Below are positions 22,830 to 32,905 of a DNA stretch of 64,000 bases, one piece after another (position 1 is the stretch's first letter; the number at the start of each line of letters is the position of its first letter). The DNA is from Candidatus Latescibacterota bacterium (GTDB lineage: Bacteria; Latescibacterota; UBA2968): assembly GCA_965204745.1 (NCBI GenBank), contig OZ242010.1, forward strand, positions 3,744,001 through 3,808,000, read 5' to 3'. The notes below the pieces were generated by a model that worked only from the letters and a program-made list of their open reading frames with translations, searched no databases and was not told where the DNA came from. A program made the position numbers and the translations under genes.

Positions 22830-24284
22830 ATGGCGAGATATGCAACAGGGGGCAACGCGCGCTTCGGGTTTTGGGTGTTCTTTGCAATGATGGTCGGATG
22901 TGCTTCGGCGCCGCACGTTCAGCAATCGCCGATCCCGTCTCCCCAAAATTGGCAAACAAAGGCGGACGCCGCAACGCCTGCGGACACGCTTTGGTGGGCC
23001 ACATTTGACGACAGCCGGCTCCACATCGTGGTCGCGCAGGCACTGGTGTACAACCGGGATTTGCACGCTGCTGCCGCGCGCCTCAATGCTGCACGCGCAC
23101 AGGCGAAAATGGCCGGCGCGCCTTTGTTTCCGCAACTCAACGCGAGTTTGTCACGCGCGGAACGCAAGCAGAATTTCATCGGATTCCCCATTCCCGGCCA
23201 AGCAGAAGGCGAGGTCCCCTCGAACACGAGCACGACTTATGGGGTCTCCGTCAATGCCACATGGGAAATTGACCTTTGGGGCCGGCTCGGCGCGGGTGTT
23301 GCGGTTGCGTTGGCGAATTATCAGGCGACGCGAGCCACGTATCGGGGCGCGCGCATGTCGCTGGCCGCCCAAACCGCCAAGGCGTGGTTTGCCGCCATTG
23401 AAGCCAAACGCCAGCGAGAACTCGCACGGGCCACGTACGAAGACAACCGCATCAGCCACGAACAAGTGCGTGCGCGCTATGAACGCGGGGTGCGGCCCTC
23501 GCTCGATGCGCGCCAAAGCCAATCGGACCTCGCGTCCTCGCAAGACCGGTTGCACCAGCGCGAACAACTCTTCGACCTCTCCATCCGCCAACTCGAAGTG
23601 CTCCTCGGTCAGTACCCGGCCGGCACATTCGCCATTGCGGACGACCTTCCCCCCGTGCCGCATCCGGTTCCCGCGGGCCTGCCGGCGGATCTCATCGGCA
23701 GACGCCCGGACCTCATCGCCGCAGAACGCCGATTTGCCGCGTCTCAGGCCAATCGCAAAGCCGCCAGACGCGCGCGTTATCCGCGCATCAGTTTAACCGC
23801 TTCGGGCGGCAGCAGCACAGACGCATTGGGCGAGTTGCTCAACGGGGATTTCGGCGTGTGGTCCTTGATCGGCAACCTCACGCAACCCCTGTTTCAAGGC
23901 GGGCGCGTAAAGGGCAATATCGACCTGACCCGCGCCCGAGAACACGAGGCCGCCGCGCTATTTGCCCAAGCGGTTTTGCAAGCATACCGCGAAGTTGAAA
24001 ACGCGCTCTCGGCAGAAGCGTATTTGGCAAAACGCGAGGCCGCGTTGACGACCGCCGCCGAACAAGCGCGGGAGGCCCGTCGGCTGGCAGAAGACAGGTA
24101 TTACCGAGGGCTTTCAGACCTGTTGACCATGTTGCAAACGCGCAGCACGGCCTATCAAACCGAAAGCCAACTGCTCGCGGTTCGCAGGCAACGCCTCAAC
24201 GCGCGCATCGACCTCCACCTCGCGTTGGGTGGGGGCTTTGGAGGCGACGGGCAACCGCGGATAGACGCAGATGCGCGCAGATGA
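22830..24284 (+). CDS. NodT/OprM-family outer-membrane efflux lipoprotein
   Basis: Lipobox VGC, WEIDLWG, PADLIGRRPDL and LHLALGGG motifs. Confidence 0.9.
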   Translation: MARYATGGNARFGFWVFFAMMVGCASAPHVQQSPIPSPQNWQTKADAATPADTLWWATFDDSRLHIVVAQALVYNRDLHAAAARLNAARAQAKMAGAPLFPQLNASLSRAERKQNFIGFPIPGQAEGEVPSNTSTTYGVSVNATWEIDLWGRLGAGVAVALANYQATRATYRGARMSLAAQTAKAWFAAIEAKRQRELARATYEDNRISHEQVRARYERGVRPSLDARQSQSDLASSQDRLHQREQLFDLSIRQLEVLLGQYPAGTFAIADDLPPVPHPVPAGLPADLIGRRPDLIAAERRFAASQANRKAARRARYPRISLTASGGSSTDALGELLNGDFGVWSLIGNLTQPLFQGGRVKGNIDLTRAREHEAAALFAQAVLQAYREVENALSAEAYLAKREAALTTAAEQAREARRLAEDRYYRGLSDLLTMLQTRSTAYQTESQLLAVRRQRLNARIDLHLALGGGFGGDGQPRIDADARR

Positions 24285-24354
24285 AATCGATGGCAATGCC
24301 TTGCCCTTTCGCAACAACAGTCCGTATTTTTTATTTTAACTTTTGGAGGTACCC

Positions 24355-25200
24355 GTGAAGAACAACAAGCAAATCATCGCGGTGATCGGCGGCGCGGCCG
24401 TCATCTTGGGCCTGCTTTTGTACATCGCATTGTTGCCGAGCGAAGAGGAAATCGTGCAGAAAAATCTCTATGTCCAGCAACTCGAGGCCGATGCCGAACG
24501 CTATTCAGCGCAGGCCGATTCCCTGAATCTCGTGGTCGAATCCCTCAACGCCCGCATCGACACTGTGCGCGCACAAATGGACAGTGCGCGCACGGACAAT
24601 AAAATGTTGCTGACCACGTTGCGTCGCGTGACCAACGAGAGCAAGGAGTACCAGCGTTTGTACAAAGAACAACGCACGATGGTCGACGAGTTGCGCGCTG
24701 AAATCACGCGGGTCAAAGCCGACGCAGCCACGCAAGTCGAACAGCTCAAAACATCCTTGGACAGCTTGCAAAGCACGCTTTCCGAACAAGCCATTCGCCT
24801 CACCCGAATGACCGTCTCACTCCAAAAAGCCCACGAGGAAAACCGCGCCTTGCGCGAAAAAAACCGCGCCTTGCGCGAAACCCTCCGGTCAGTGCTCGTC
24901 TATGTGGGCATAGAAGACAGCTTAAAACAACAGGGGTATCTCGATACGTCTCGGCGATTCGTTCGCAAAAATTACAAAATGACAAATTTCCCGGACCTCG
25001 ACAACAGCGACGTCATCAAAGTCGGCATTGGGGAACCCTTTAGGGTGCAGGGCGAACTCGCGGCCCTGTGTGACCGCCACGGCAAACTCGGCAAAGGCAA
25101 GGAATACGAACTCCAAGAGGGACGAGACGGGCAACTCCGCATCACCTTTTCCGATTCCGCACTCGCAGGCCAACGCATCCTCGCGGTGTTGAAAAATTGA
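24355..25200 (+). CDS. Membrane-anchored coiled-coil protein
   Basis: N-terminal TM helix, long heptad region, small globular C-terminus. Confidence 0.7.
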   Translation: MKNNKQIIAVIGGAAVILGLLLYIALLPSEEEIVQKNLYVQQLEADAERYSAQADSLNLVVESLNARIDTVRAQMDSARTDNKMLLTTLRRVTNESKEYQRLYKEQRTMVDELRAEITRVKADAATQVEQLKTSLDSLQSTLSEQAIRLTRMTVSLQKAHEENRALREKNRALRETLRSVLVYVGIEDSLKQQGYLDTSRRFVRKNYKMTNFPDLDNSDVIKVGIGEPFRVQGELAALCDRHGKLGKGKEYELQEGRDGQLRITFSDSALAGQRILAVLKN

Positions 25201-25228
25201 GTGGCACGCTGTTTTGTCCAATAACAAT

Positions 25229-25260
25229 GCCCTTCTCCCCAGATCGGGAGGAGGGCTTTT
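25229..25260 (+). terminator. Intrinsic terminator
   Basis: gcccttctccc..gggaggagggc followed by a T run. Confidence 0.65.
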
Positions 25261-25361
25261 GCGTACATATTTGAAAATATGGGGTTGATATTTGCATCGA
25301 ATTTGGGTATTATTTCATGTCATTGCCAACTGCACATTCACCACTTCAAAGGAGGAAACCG

Positions 25362-26171
25362 ATGGCTGTTATCAACACGATGGAAGACCTAATTCGCCTA
25401 CTGGATGAAAATCCCAAGTGGGTCGAGGCCCTGCGCGTCCGGCTACTCACGCGCGAACTGATCGAACTGCCCGAAAAATTTGCCGAGTTCGTCAAGGTGA
25501 CGAATGAGCGGTTTGACAAGCTCGAAGGGAGATTTGACAAACTCGAAGGGAAACACGACAAACTCGAAGGGAGATTTGACAAGCTCGAAAAGAGATTTGA
25601 CAAGCTCGAAAGGAGATTTGACAAGCTCGAAAAGAGATTTGACGAACTCGAAAAGAGATTTGACAAGCTCGAAAAGAGATTTGACGAACTCGAAAAGAGA
25701 TTTGACAAACTCGAATCCCAAGTGCAGTCTCTCCAAGATGACGTCGGCATGCTCAAAGGTGCCCACGCCAGAAGTGCCGCGATTAGGGATGCCTCTTCCA
25801 TTGCCAGAGAAATGAATTTTTATCGGACGAAAAATCTCAGTCAAGACGATCTTTGGGTGCTGATTGACCGCGCCGACACAGTGGATATTCCCAAAAACGT
25901 GTTGCGGAGTTTCCGCCATGCAGACCTGATTATGGAAGCCACGGACCAAGATGGCGAAACCTGCTATATTGCCGTGGAAATCTCCTTTACGGTCAATGGG
26001 CGGGACACCACGCGCGCCCTTCGCAACGCCGAGTTCCTGACCCGGTTCACCGGCAAACCCGCCCATGCCGCTGTCGTCGGTTTGCGCCGCGATGATCGCA
26101 TCCACGACCTCATCAAACGCGGCGAGGTGTTTTGGTATCAACTGGACCCGGAGATCATGGATGTGGAATAA
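25362..26171 (+). CDS. Heptad-repeat coiled-coil protein with C-terminal PD-(D/E)XK-like domain
   Basis: Ten RFDKLE(K/G) repeats, then ADLIME..AVEISFTV. AGGAGG ribosome-binding site. Confidence 0.75.
   Translation: MAVINTMEDLIRLLDENPKWVEALRVRLLTRELIELPEKFAEFVKVTNERFDKLEGRFDKLEGKHDKLEGRFDKLEKRFDKLERRFDKLEKRFDELEKRFDKLEKRFDELEKRFDKLESQVQSLQDDVGMLKGAHARSAAIRDASSIAREMNFYRTKNLSQDDLWVLIDRADTVDIPKNVLRSFRHADLIMEATDQDGETCYIAVEISFTVNGRDTTRALRNAEFLTRFTGKPAHAAVVGLRRDDRIHDLIKRGEVFWYQLDPEIMDVE
25509..25718 (+). repeat. Coding 21-bp tandem repeat x10
   Basis: agatttgacaagctcgaaaag units. Confidence 0.92.
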
Positions 26172-26227
26172 TCCGTAAATTGCCGCTCCTTTTATCCTTG
26201 TTTATACCCGCCGGGACATGCCCGTGT

Positions 26228-28342
26228 TCATCGGTGGTTGCTCGTTTTGACCTCAAAACTCTCACTCCAAAAATGTGAATATTCTCCATGGTGGTAATGG
26301 TGCTGCCCGGTACGGATTTTTGCAATGTCGTAGTCCGGCAGGCGGCGTATCGCCATACATGCTTCTCTTTCAAGAACGTCGAGTCGAAAGTCCAGATTGT
26401 CATAGCCGTATAGTTGGCGACCATCGGGCAGGTCGAACAACGCAACCGGGAATACGTGCAAAAAAAATGGCTTGTCAATCATTTTTTTGCACGGAGACTG
26501 CATATAGACGAGTTCGTTGTTGACCAAATAAACGTCATAAACCGAGCGGATGACCGGCTCTCTACCTCGGACCAGTGCCTCAATTAGGGGCCTTAAATCG
26601 TCGGAGTCGGTCCGCGAGCGCAAGCCGAGTGCCGCGAAACGCGCTTGTGCCCACTGCGGATCCGCTTTGAAGGGCATCCACAGGTTAGGGCCAACTAGGA
26701 CAGCATGGGGGGCATAGTAGAGGGCACCTGCCGCGCTGTTTGTGGCCGGGTAGATCTCGAAGTTGACGCCTCGTTGTTCGAGATATCCTAATGGTGGCTC
26801 GCGGTCATGCGCTATCTGGCGTTCGCTGTTAGGGACCGTCACGGGAGCGCGCGCTATGGTCTTGTCAACCAAGCCGCGCCAGTCAATGAATTTCACAGTG
26901 GGCAGGTAATAGGGCCGGATGCCTGCCCCCCTTGTGACCAGCACCACATCATCGGGAATAACCCCGCGCTTCATATTTCGATAGGGTTGCCAATACCGCA
27001 GAAGCCTATTGGTACTTGCGCGGTGACTAGGAAATCTCACACCGACCTTTTGCCTAAAGAGCTTTGTTCGTAGGTCGTTGGAGGTTGTAGATAGCATCGC
27101 CATCCCGGGCGCGGCCAGTAGCCAGCCCGAGTTCTCCTCATTGAGCTTCACTGATATGCTTGGATTCCTGATGCCATCAACCATGAGAGCAATTTGCATA
27201 GCACTGGCATAGAATAACATGGGGAGAAAGACAACGATTGTGAAAATTATGTATAACCTTGGGGGCGGGACATGCTTGTAGTGACGCGAACTGGCATACC
27301 TCCGGGCAAGGGCGGACGACCACAGGCCGAGATGAACGAGGCCCTCTGCCGCGGGCACCGCCAACAGGGGCCAATAGAAATCCAACGGGCGATACCCAAA
27401 ATGATCCCCGCCAATCCGGGCGATGTACGCCATGTGAGAAATGATGCAAAGCAACGGCAGGATGTAAGTCAGGCTATGGCGTGCTCGCCATCCTCTGATC
27501 AAAGACAGTACTACCAACGGCAATAGCAGATACAGCCCGGTCTCCAACGCCGCCATCCACAGATAGCGCAGGCCCATGTCGTACCACGAGCGCACATACT
27601 TGGCGTAGTACGTATTGGGCAACCACTCGCCATAGTACGCATAGCGGAACAGAAAATGCGCCCCCACTATCGCGACGAAAGGCACGACCAAATACGCCAA
27701 TTCGCGCCAATCCACTCGCAACCGTTTGTTTTTAACCATCCGCACTACGACGAACCAACCAAAACAGCAAGCCGCGATTAAAGGTCCCTCGGGCCGCGTC
27801 AAGGCAGCAGCGGATAAGAACAACGATGTCCCCAACAAACCCCGGAGGCTATCTCCGTACAGGCTCAGACACACGACGGACGAGACGACGAAGAGCGTGA
27901 ACTGTCGCGTCTCCAATCCACCACCTGATGTCCATGTTGCAAAAGTCACACTGCTGCACACCAACCCCAACGCCATCCACGCCACCAATCCCCGATAGCG
28001 CAGTTCGGGCAAGCGAGATACCCACCACAGCATCGCGGCGAGTGTGCCCACCGTGCAGGCCACCGACAGCCACGGTGCCACATGCTCGGGACGCAGGCCG
28101 AACAGGCCCCAGATCGCCGCCAATTCCAGCACCCACAGGAAGTTGGAGTAGCCCTCAACGCGCTCGCCGGGATTGAACACCAAGCCGTGCCCTTCTAGCA
28201 GGTTGCGGACGTAGCGGAAGCTGATAAACGCATCGTCCGTCAGAAACCATGTGACATAGGTCAGACAGCCGAGCAATATCAGCCACGGCAGGCAAGCGAT
28301 GGCGAGGCCAAATCGGGATGTCGGGCTAGAACGCATTCTCAT
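26228..28342 (-). CDS. GT-C fold membrane glycosyltransferase (AftB-like) with extracellular C-terminal domain
   Basis: TDDAFISFRY..GERVEGYSNFLW, TRPEG and LPNTYYAK motifs; multiple TM helices. Confidence 0.72.
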   Translation of the reverse strand: MRMRSSPTSRFGLAIACLPWLILLGCLTYVTWFLTDDAFISFRYVRNLLEGHGLVFNPGERVEGYSNFLWVLELAAIWGLFGLRPEHVAPWLSVACTVGTLAAMLWWVSRLPELRYRGLVAWMALGLVCSSVTFATWTSGGGLETRQFTLFVVSSVVCLSLYGDSLRGLLGTSLFLSAAALTRPEGPLIAACCFGWFVVVRMVKNKRLRVDWRELAYLVVPFVAIVGAHFLFRYAYYGEWLPNTYYAKYVRSWYDMGLRYLWMAALETGLYLLLPLVVLSLIRGWRARHSLTYILPLLCIISHMAYIARIGGDHFGYRPLDFYWPLLAVPAAEGLVHLGLWSSALARRYASSRHYKHVPPPRLYIIFTIVVFLPMLFYASAMQIALMVDGIRNPSISVKLNEENSGWLLAAPGMAMLSTTSNDLRTKLFRQKVGVRFPSHRASTNRLLRYWQPYRNMKRGVIPDDVVLVTRGAGIRPYYLPTVKFIDWRGLVDKTIARAPVTVPNSERQIAHDREPPLGYLEQRGVNFEIYPATNSAAGALYYAPHAVLVGPNLWMPFKADPQWAQARFAALGLRSRTDSDDLRPLIEALVRGREPVIRSVYDVYLVNNELVYMQSPCKKMIDKPFFLHVFPVALFDLPDGRQLYGYDNLDFRLDVLEREACMAIRRLPDYDIAKIRTGQHHYHHGEYSHFWSESFEVKTSNHR

Positions 28343-28520
28343 GGTCTCTCAATAGTGTTGGGATGTTCACAGGGCTTCCCCGTCTTGTATCCTCACGTCT
28401 TATCCACCCGTGGCTAACCCCCATCTCCGCTTCCGCACCGCCGCCCAAGTGCGTGCCCCATCTCACCCTGCCCCGCCGCGTGCGTTTTGCCTTTCATCTG
28501 TATTCTTAGGCGAAGCGGGC

Positions 28521-28583
28521 CTCTTACCTCTTACCTCTTACCTCTTACCTCTTACCTCTTACCTCTTGCCTCTTGCCTCTCCC
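28521..28583. repeat. Heptamer microsatellite (CTCTTAC)6(CTCTTGC)2
   Basis: Read directly from the sequence. Confidence 0.95.
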
Positions 28584-28619
28584 CGCTTCTTCCACCCCTC
28601 CACCCGTGCGTGCCCTACC

Positions 28620-29450
28620 TCACCCTGCCTCGCCATGTGCGTTTTGCCTTTCGCTGTTCAGCATTTGACGCAGGGTTTCTGCGGCTTGGCGGGCGGCCCG
28701 TGCGAAGTCCGGGCCGGGCGAGGCGTAGAGGATGCTGCGCGACGCGTTGACGAGAATGCCGTTGCCATTGCTGTTCAGGCCGTTTTGGACCACCGCGCTA
28801 GTCTGTCCGCCTTGCGCCCCGATGCCGGGCAACAGGATGGGCAGGTCGGGCGCGATGGTGCGAATGGTTTTCAAATCGTCGGGATGTGTCGCGCCCACAA
28901 CTAGGCCGCACGGGCCGGTTTGCGACCAGACGACGGCTTTTTGTGCGAGCACCTCGTACAGCGCGCCCCGGTCCGTGTCGAGGCGCAAAATATCCGCGGA
29001 GCCGGGATTGGACGTGAGGCACAAGAGAAAGGCGCAGCCATTTCGATAGGCCAAAAACGGGGCGATAGCATCTGTGCCCATCAGCGGATTGACGGTCACG
29101 GCATCCACGCCGAGTTGTCGATAGGCCATCGTAGCATAGTGTTCGGCGGTGTTGCCAATGTCGCCCGCCTTGAAATCGAGCACGATGGGCAGGTCTTGGG
29201 GAATGGCGTCAAGCGCGCCTTGTAGGGCTTCCCATCCGGCGATGCCCTGCGCCCCAAAAAATGCAAAATTGGGTTTGTACGCGCAGGCGATGTCCCGCGT
29301 GGCTGCGACGATTTCCGTGAGAAAATCGCGCATGGGATTGGGCGTTCCCAAGAAGCGGGCGGGCAACTTGGTCATGTCCGGGTCGAGGCCCACGCACACA
29401 AAGCTGTTGTTGCGCTGCACTGCGTTCTCGTATTTTGTCAAAAAGGACAT
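28620..29450 (-). CDS. pyrF: Orotidine-5'-phosphate decarboxylase
   Basis: CVGLDP, YKPN, LDFKAGDIGNT, TSNPGS, VVGAT, PGIGAQGG and NASR motifs. Confidence 0.95.
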   Translation of the reverse strand: MSFLTKYENAVQRNNSFVCVGLDPDMTKLPARFLGTPNPMRDFLTEIVAATRDIACAYKPNFAFFGAQGIAGWEALQGALDAIPQDLPIVLDFKAGDIGNTAEHYATMAYRQLGVDAVTVNPLMGTDAIAPFLAYRNGCAFLLCLTSNPGSADILRLDTDRGALYEVLAQKAVVWSQTGPCGLVVGATHPDDLKTIRTIAPDLPILLPGIGAQGGQTSAVVQNGLNSNGNGILVNASRSILYASPGPDFARAARQAAETLRQMLNSERQNAHGEAG

Positions 29451-29469
29451 GTACCTCTCCACTGATAAA

Positions 29470-29498
29470 ATGGCGGATCCCCCATGGGAATCCGCCAT
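29470..29498 (-). terminator. Hairpin downstream of rnpB
   Basis: atggcggatccc..gggaatccgccat. Confidence 0.6.
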
Positions 29499-29503
29499 AC
29501 TGA

Positions 29504-29876
29504 AACAAGCGGGCCTATAAGCCGAGTTCTGTCGTTTGGCGGTTGCCAAACGGATGGTCATTTATCTGGGACGCCTGTTGCCAGACGCCTCGTGCAGCCT
29601 ACCCGAGCGTGATAGCGAGACGGGCCGCCTCTCCGCTCCTATTCGGCCTTGCTCCAAATGGGGTTTACCGTGCCGCGCTCGTCGCCGAGTCGCGCGGTGG
29701 GCTCTTACCCCACCGTTTCACCCTTGCCCGCTGCGCGAATCACCGCGCCCGCTGGCGGTCTGTTCTCTGTGGCACTTTCCATCGGGTCGCCCCGCCTGGG
29801 CATTACCCAGCATTTTGCCCTGTGGAGCTCGGACTTTCCTCATCCCAAAAAGGACGCGACCATCCGGCCCGCTTGT
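29504..29876 (-). ncRNA. rnpB: RNase P RNA, class A
   Basis: GAGGAAAGTCCGAGCTC near the 5' end, AGTGCCACAGAGAACAGACCGCC, 3' ACAGAACTCGGCTTAT, and terminal P1 pairing caagcgggcc. Confidence 0.97.
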
Positions 29877-29880
29877 GCAT

Positions 29881-30309
29881 CTATTCGTCTCGTTGCCCCG
29901 TGGTTGCTTTTTGCCTTCCGTCTATGCCTCGATTTGCCAACTGATCGGCTTTGTCGTTTTGGTCTCGGCGCACGTGTCTGATTTGGAACAGGTCAAAGGG
30001 TTTGCTCTGCATTTGCGCGGTTTGATACAGGGGCAACAGCGCGTTGCTTTTGACCTTGTAGTGCCCGTTCATCTGGCGCACCACGAGTTCGCTGTCCGAA
30101 AAAACGGTCACGCGATTGGCGCGCAACTGCGCGGCGAGTTCGAGGCCCTTGATCAAGGCGCGATATTCTGCCGCGTTGTTGGTGGCCTGCCCGATGTACT
30201 CGCAGTGCTCGGTCACGAGTTCGCCATCTCGTTCAATGCGAATCCCAATGCCCGCGTGCCCGGGATTGCCCTTGGATGCCCCGTCGATGAATAGGATGAG
30301 ATCGTTCAA
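29881..30309 (-). CDS. Ribonuclease HI family protein
   Basis: DGASKGNPG, TNNAAEY, DSELVVRQ and NDKADQLAN motifs. TTG start overlaps the upstream stop. Confidence 0.9.
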   Translation of the reverse strand: MNDLILFIDGASKGNPGHAGIGIRIERDGELVTEHCEYIGQATNNAAEYRALIKGLELAAQLRANRVTVFSDSELVVRQMNGHYKVKSNALLPLYQTAQMQSKPFDLFQIRHVRRDQNDKADQLANRGIDGRQKATTGQRDE

Positions 30310-31028
30310 CCCGCGCCCTCGCCTTCTCGCCACGCCAAGATGCGCGCACAATTGTCGCAGCGCAAGATGCTGTTAGCCCGCTTGACTTCGACCAACCGCT
30401 GCGGCGACAACTGCCGGTAACAACCGCCGCAGGCCCCCTTGTGAACTGGCACCACTGCGATCCCGCCCCTGACGACCGTGCGGATGCGATTGTACAGGCC
30501 CAAGAGTCGGGAATCCACATGGGGTTCGAGGGCGGCGCGCTTCTTTTCCCACCCGCTCACGTTTTTCTCTGTGGAATTGAGGCTAGCCGTCAACTCGTCA
30601 ATGCGTTGTTGGCGGTCCTGTTTGATTTCCCGATAGTACTTCTCGTCTTCGCCGAGGTGGGCCGCGATCTCCTCGAGCTGTTCAATGCTGTCCAAAATCG
30701 CGGTTTCGCAGTCGTCCTTGCGATCTTGCAGGGTCGCGATTTCGATTTGCAACGCGTCGTATTCCTTGTTCGTTTTGACCTCGTAGAGCCGGTCTTGGTG
30801 TTTTTTCAGATCGGCTTCAATCGCGCCGAGGTCCAATTCGAGGGCGCGCCGATTTTTTTCGAGTTCTTCGCGGTTTTGCTGTTGCGCGTCGAGTTGATCG
30901 CGTGCGGTTTCCAGTTCGGTTTTCAAGGTGGTGATTTCGTGGGGATAATCGACTTGCGCTTGGTGTAGCGCGTTGATCTCTTTGTCGATTTCCTGAATTT
31001 TCAGCAAATGGTGCAAACTCTCTCGCAT
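30306..31028 (-). CDS. Coiled-coil protein with C4 zinc ribbon (DUF164-type)
   Basis: NKEYDAL, CGGC..CDNCARIL. Usual neighbour of RNase H and rnpB. Confidence 0.88.
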   Translation of the reverse strand: MRESLHHLLKIQEIDKEINALHQAQVDYPHEITTLKTELETARDQLDAQQQNREELEKNRRALELDLGAIEADLKKHQDRLYEVKTNKEYDALQIEIATLQDRKDDCETAILDSIEQLEEIAAHLGEDEKYYREIKQDRQQRIDELTASLNSTEKNVSGWEKKRAALEPHVDSRLLGLYNRIRTVVRGGIAVVPVHKGACGGCYRQLSPQRLVEVKRANSILRCDNCARILAWREGEGAG

Positions 31029-31138
31029 GCGCGTCTCCTTGTAAAAAAAGAAAAGGTGCGACCCTGAACAGGTGCACCTTTCTATGGCTGTTTTACTGCG
31101 CGTCAAACCTCTCGATCTGCTGAGAAGAGGAGGGTAAA

Positions 31139-31215
31139 TGGTGGGCGATACTGGATTTGAACCAGTGACCTCCGGTATGTGAAACCGGCACTCTAACCAA
31201 CTGAGCTAATCGCCC
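31139..31215 (-). tRNA. tRNA-Val(CAC), CCA encoded
   Basis: GGGCGATTAGCTCAGTTGGTTAGAGTGCCGGTTTCACATACCGGAGGTCACTGGTTCAAATCCAGTATCGCCCACCA. Confidence 0.97.
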
Positions 31216-31547
31216 AATTTTGCGATGATACCGCCCGAGGCAGTCGCTATTTTTTTTCATGATCAAAAGGGGGACTTGGGGTTTTGCAAGGAGTTGTAAT
31301 TAACAAAAGATGCGCGGATATGTCAAGCCCGATGTGCAAAGGCGAAAAGCAACCATCGGCTTTTCGCTCGAAAGAAAGCGCGAGGAGTTGTGCGATTTGT
31401 TCCTTGCACATAGCGACAAACCAAAGTATTTTTCGCGCATCCTGTGAATTGTCTAATTGTTGCATTTGGTGAAACCGCAGGTTAAACTCAGGCGTCACTA
31501 CGTCTCGATTGGGCAACGCATCTCAAACTTGGATGAGGGGACACACT

Positions 31548-32366
31548 ATGGAAATCCGGCCCCAGAAACTCAATTTCGCACGCCCTCCCATAGAGGAGAT
31601 CGTATTGAGTGTTCTCTTTCAGCCTCTCGAAGGATTCCTCGCGCCACATCTTGGCGAAATATGGCGGGAACTCAAAAAGGAGGGGTTTGTGAACATCGCC
31701 GAACAGCCACCGGTTATTTCCACGATGGAGCATTTTTCGAAGATAGGCGGAGAACCCGAGTTGCATATTGGCAATGTCCCAAATCTCGCACGAATTTGGT
31801 TCATCCACAAAGATGACAACCAAATCATACAAGTGCAACGCGACCGATTTACTTTTAACTGGCGTAAAACCGAGGCAGAGCCGAACTATCCTGGATTCTC
31901 CGCTATTCTTGAAAAATTTGTGGGGTTCTATAACCGCTTTGGCGAAACCATCCAAAACATGGAAGTCGGCGCACTAACGCCGTTGCAATACGAGTTGACC
32001 TATATCGATCAACTCATGCGGGGAGAAGGCTGGGATAACTTCGAGGACCTGGGGAAGATTTACAACCTGTTTATGGATACTCAACCATCGGATTCATTTT
32101 GGTCTGGCGCCGAATCGATGGTGTTGCAGGCATCATTTCCCATCGAGGATTTACACAGCCGATTGTACCTGACCATAGACAATAGGGTTAGGGTATCTGA
32201 CCAAAGGCAAACGTTGCAAACCGATTTCACCATGCGCGGTTTTCCACTGAACGCGGAACAGGCAATGCGTGCGTGGTTTAAGTGGGCGCATGATCGGATC
32301 TGTGAAAAATTCGTCCGTATGTTCACGGAAGGCATCCAGACACAAATATGGGAGCGAAAAACATGA
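31548..32366 (+). CDS. TIGR04255 family protein
   Basis: PPIEEIVLSVLF, RIWF..IIQVQRDRFTFNWRK..YPGF and ELTYID pattern. Confidence 0.75.
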   Translation: MEIRPQKLNFARPPIEEIVLSVLFQPLEGFLAPHLGEIWRELKKEGFVNIAEQPPVISTMEHFSKIGGEPELHIGNVPNLARIWFIHKDDNQIIQVQRDRFTFNWRKTEAEPNYPGFSAILEKFVGFYNRFGETIQNMEVGALTPLQYELTYIDQLMRGEGWDNFEDLGKIYNLFMDTQPSDSFWSGAESMVLQASFPIEDLHSRLYLTIDNRVRVSDQRQTLQTDFTMRGFPLNAEQAMRAWFKWAHDRICEKFVRMFTEGIQTQIWERKT

Positions 32367-32905
32367 ACGCGCTTAGTCCGTGGCTTCAAACCCAAGTGGG
32401 GAGGAACACCGCGATCAGTCCCTCCGCGCCTCCAAAAATGCCTCACAATGGGTTGCAAACTCAGGAGTACAGGCTTTTCGAGATGGGTGAGGGGGTTATA
32501 GTCGTTGATCGGCATTTCTTTTTTGTCGATGCACAACGGCAAATGGAGGAGATTCGCCAAGAGGCTATGGAAGCCTATCGGGCGAATAACGAAATTGATC
32601 CTATCCCCGATTCGGCATACGAAGAGACGCTTTCTTTGTTGAAACAAATGCCTCGCAATGTTCCGATGCCCGACATCATGTGGTCTGAAGACGGAGGGAT
32701 TGGGTTGGAATGGCGACCAGAGAACGGCATCGTTACGATGAGTTTATACGGGGACAATCATGTCATTTATGGCGCTTTTTTTGGCGACAAGCGTGAAGTT
32801 GAAGGAATTTGCACATTATCAGACACCGCATTGTTGCAAGGTTTTTTGACAACATTGAGAAATTTTTATGAAAAAAAGGCTCGATATGAATGTTCCGCCC
32901 GATGA
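32363..32905 (+). CDS. Hypothetical protein (P.PDI...DGGIGLEW motif)
   Basis: ATGA overlap with the upstream gene; AT-rich. Confidence 0.7.
   Translation: MNALSPWLQTQVGRNTAISPSAPPKMPHNGLQTQEYRLFEMGEGVIVVDRHFFFVDAQRQMEEIRQEAMEAYRANNEIDPIPDSAYEETLSLLKQMPRNVPMPDIMWSEDGGIGLEWRPENGIVTMSLYGDNHVIYGAFFGDKREVEGICTLSDTALLQGFLTTLRNFYEKKARYECSAR

Noticed and set aside
22830-24284. Orphan outer-membrane efflux protein as a novel system
   Set aside because: Such channels are commonly encoded apart from their pumps; nothing else is unusual.
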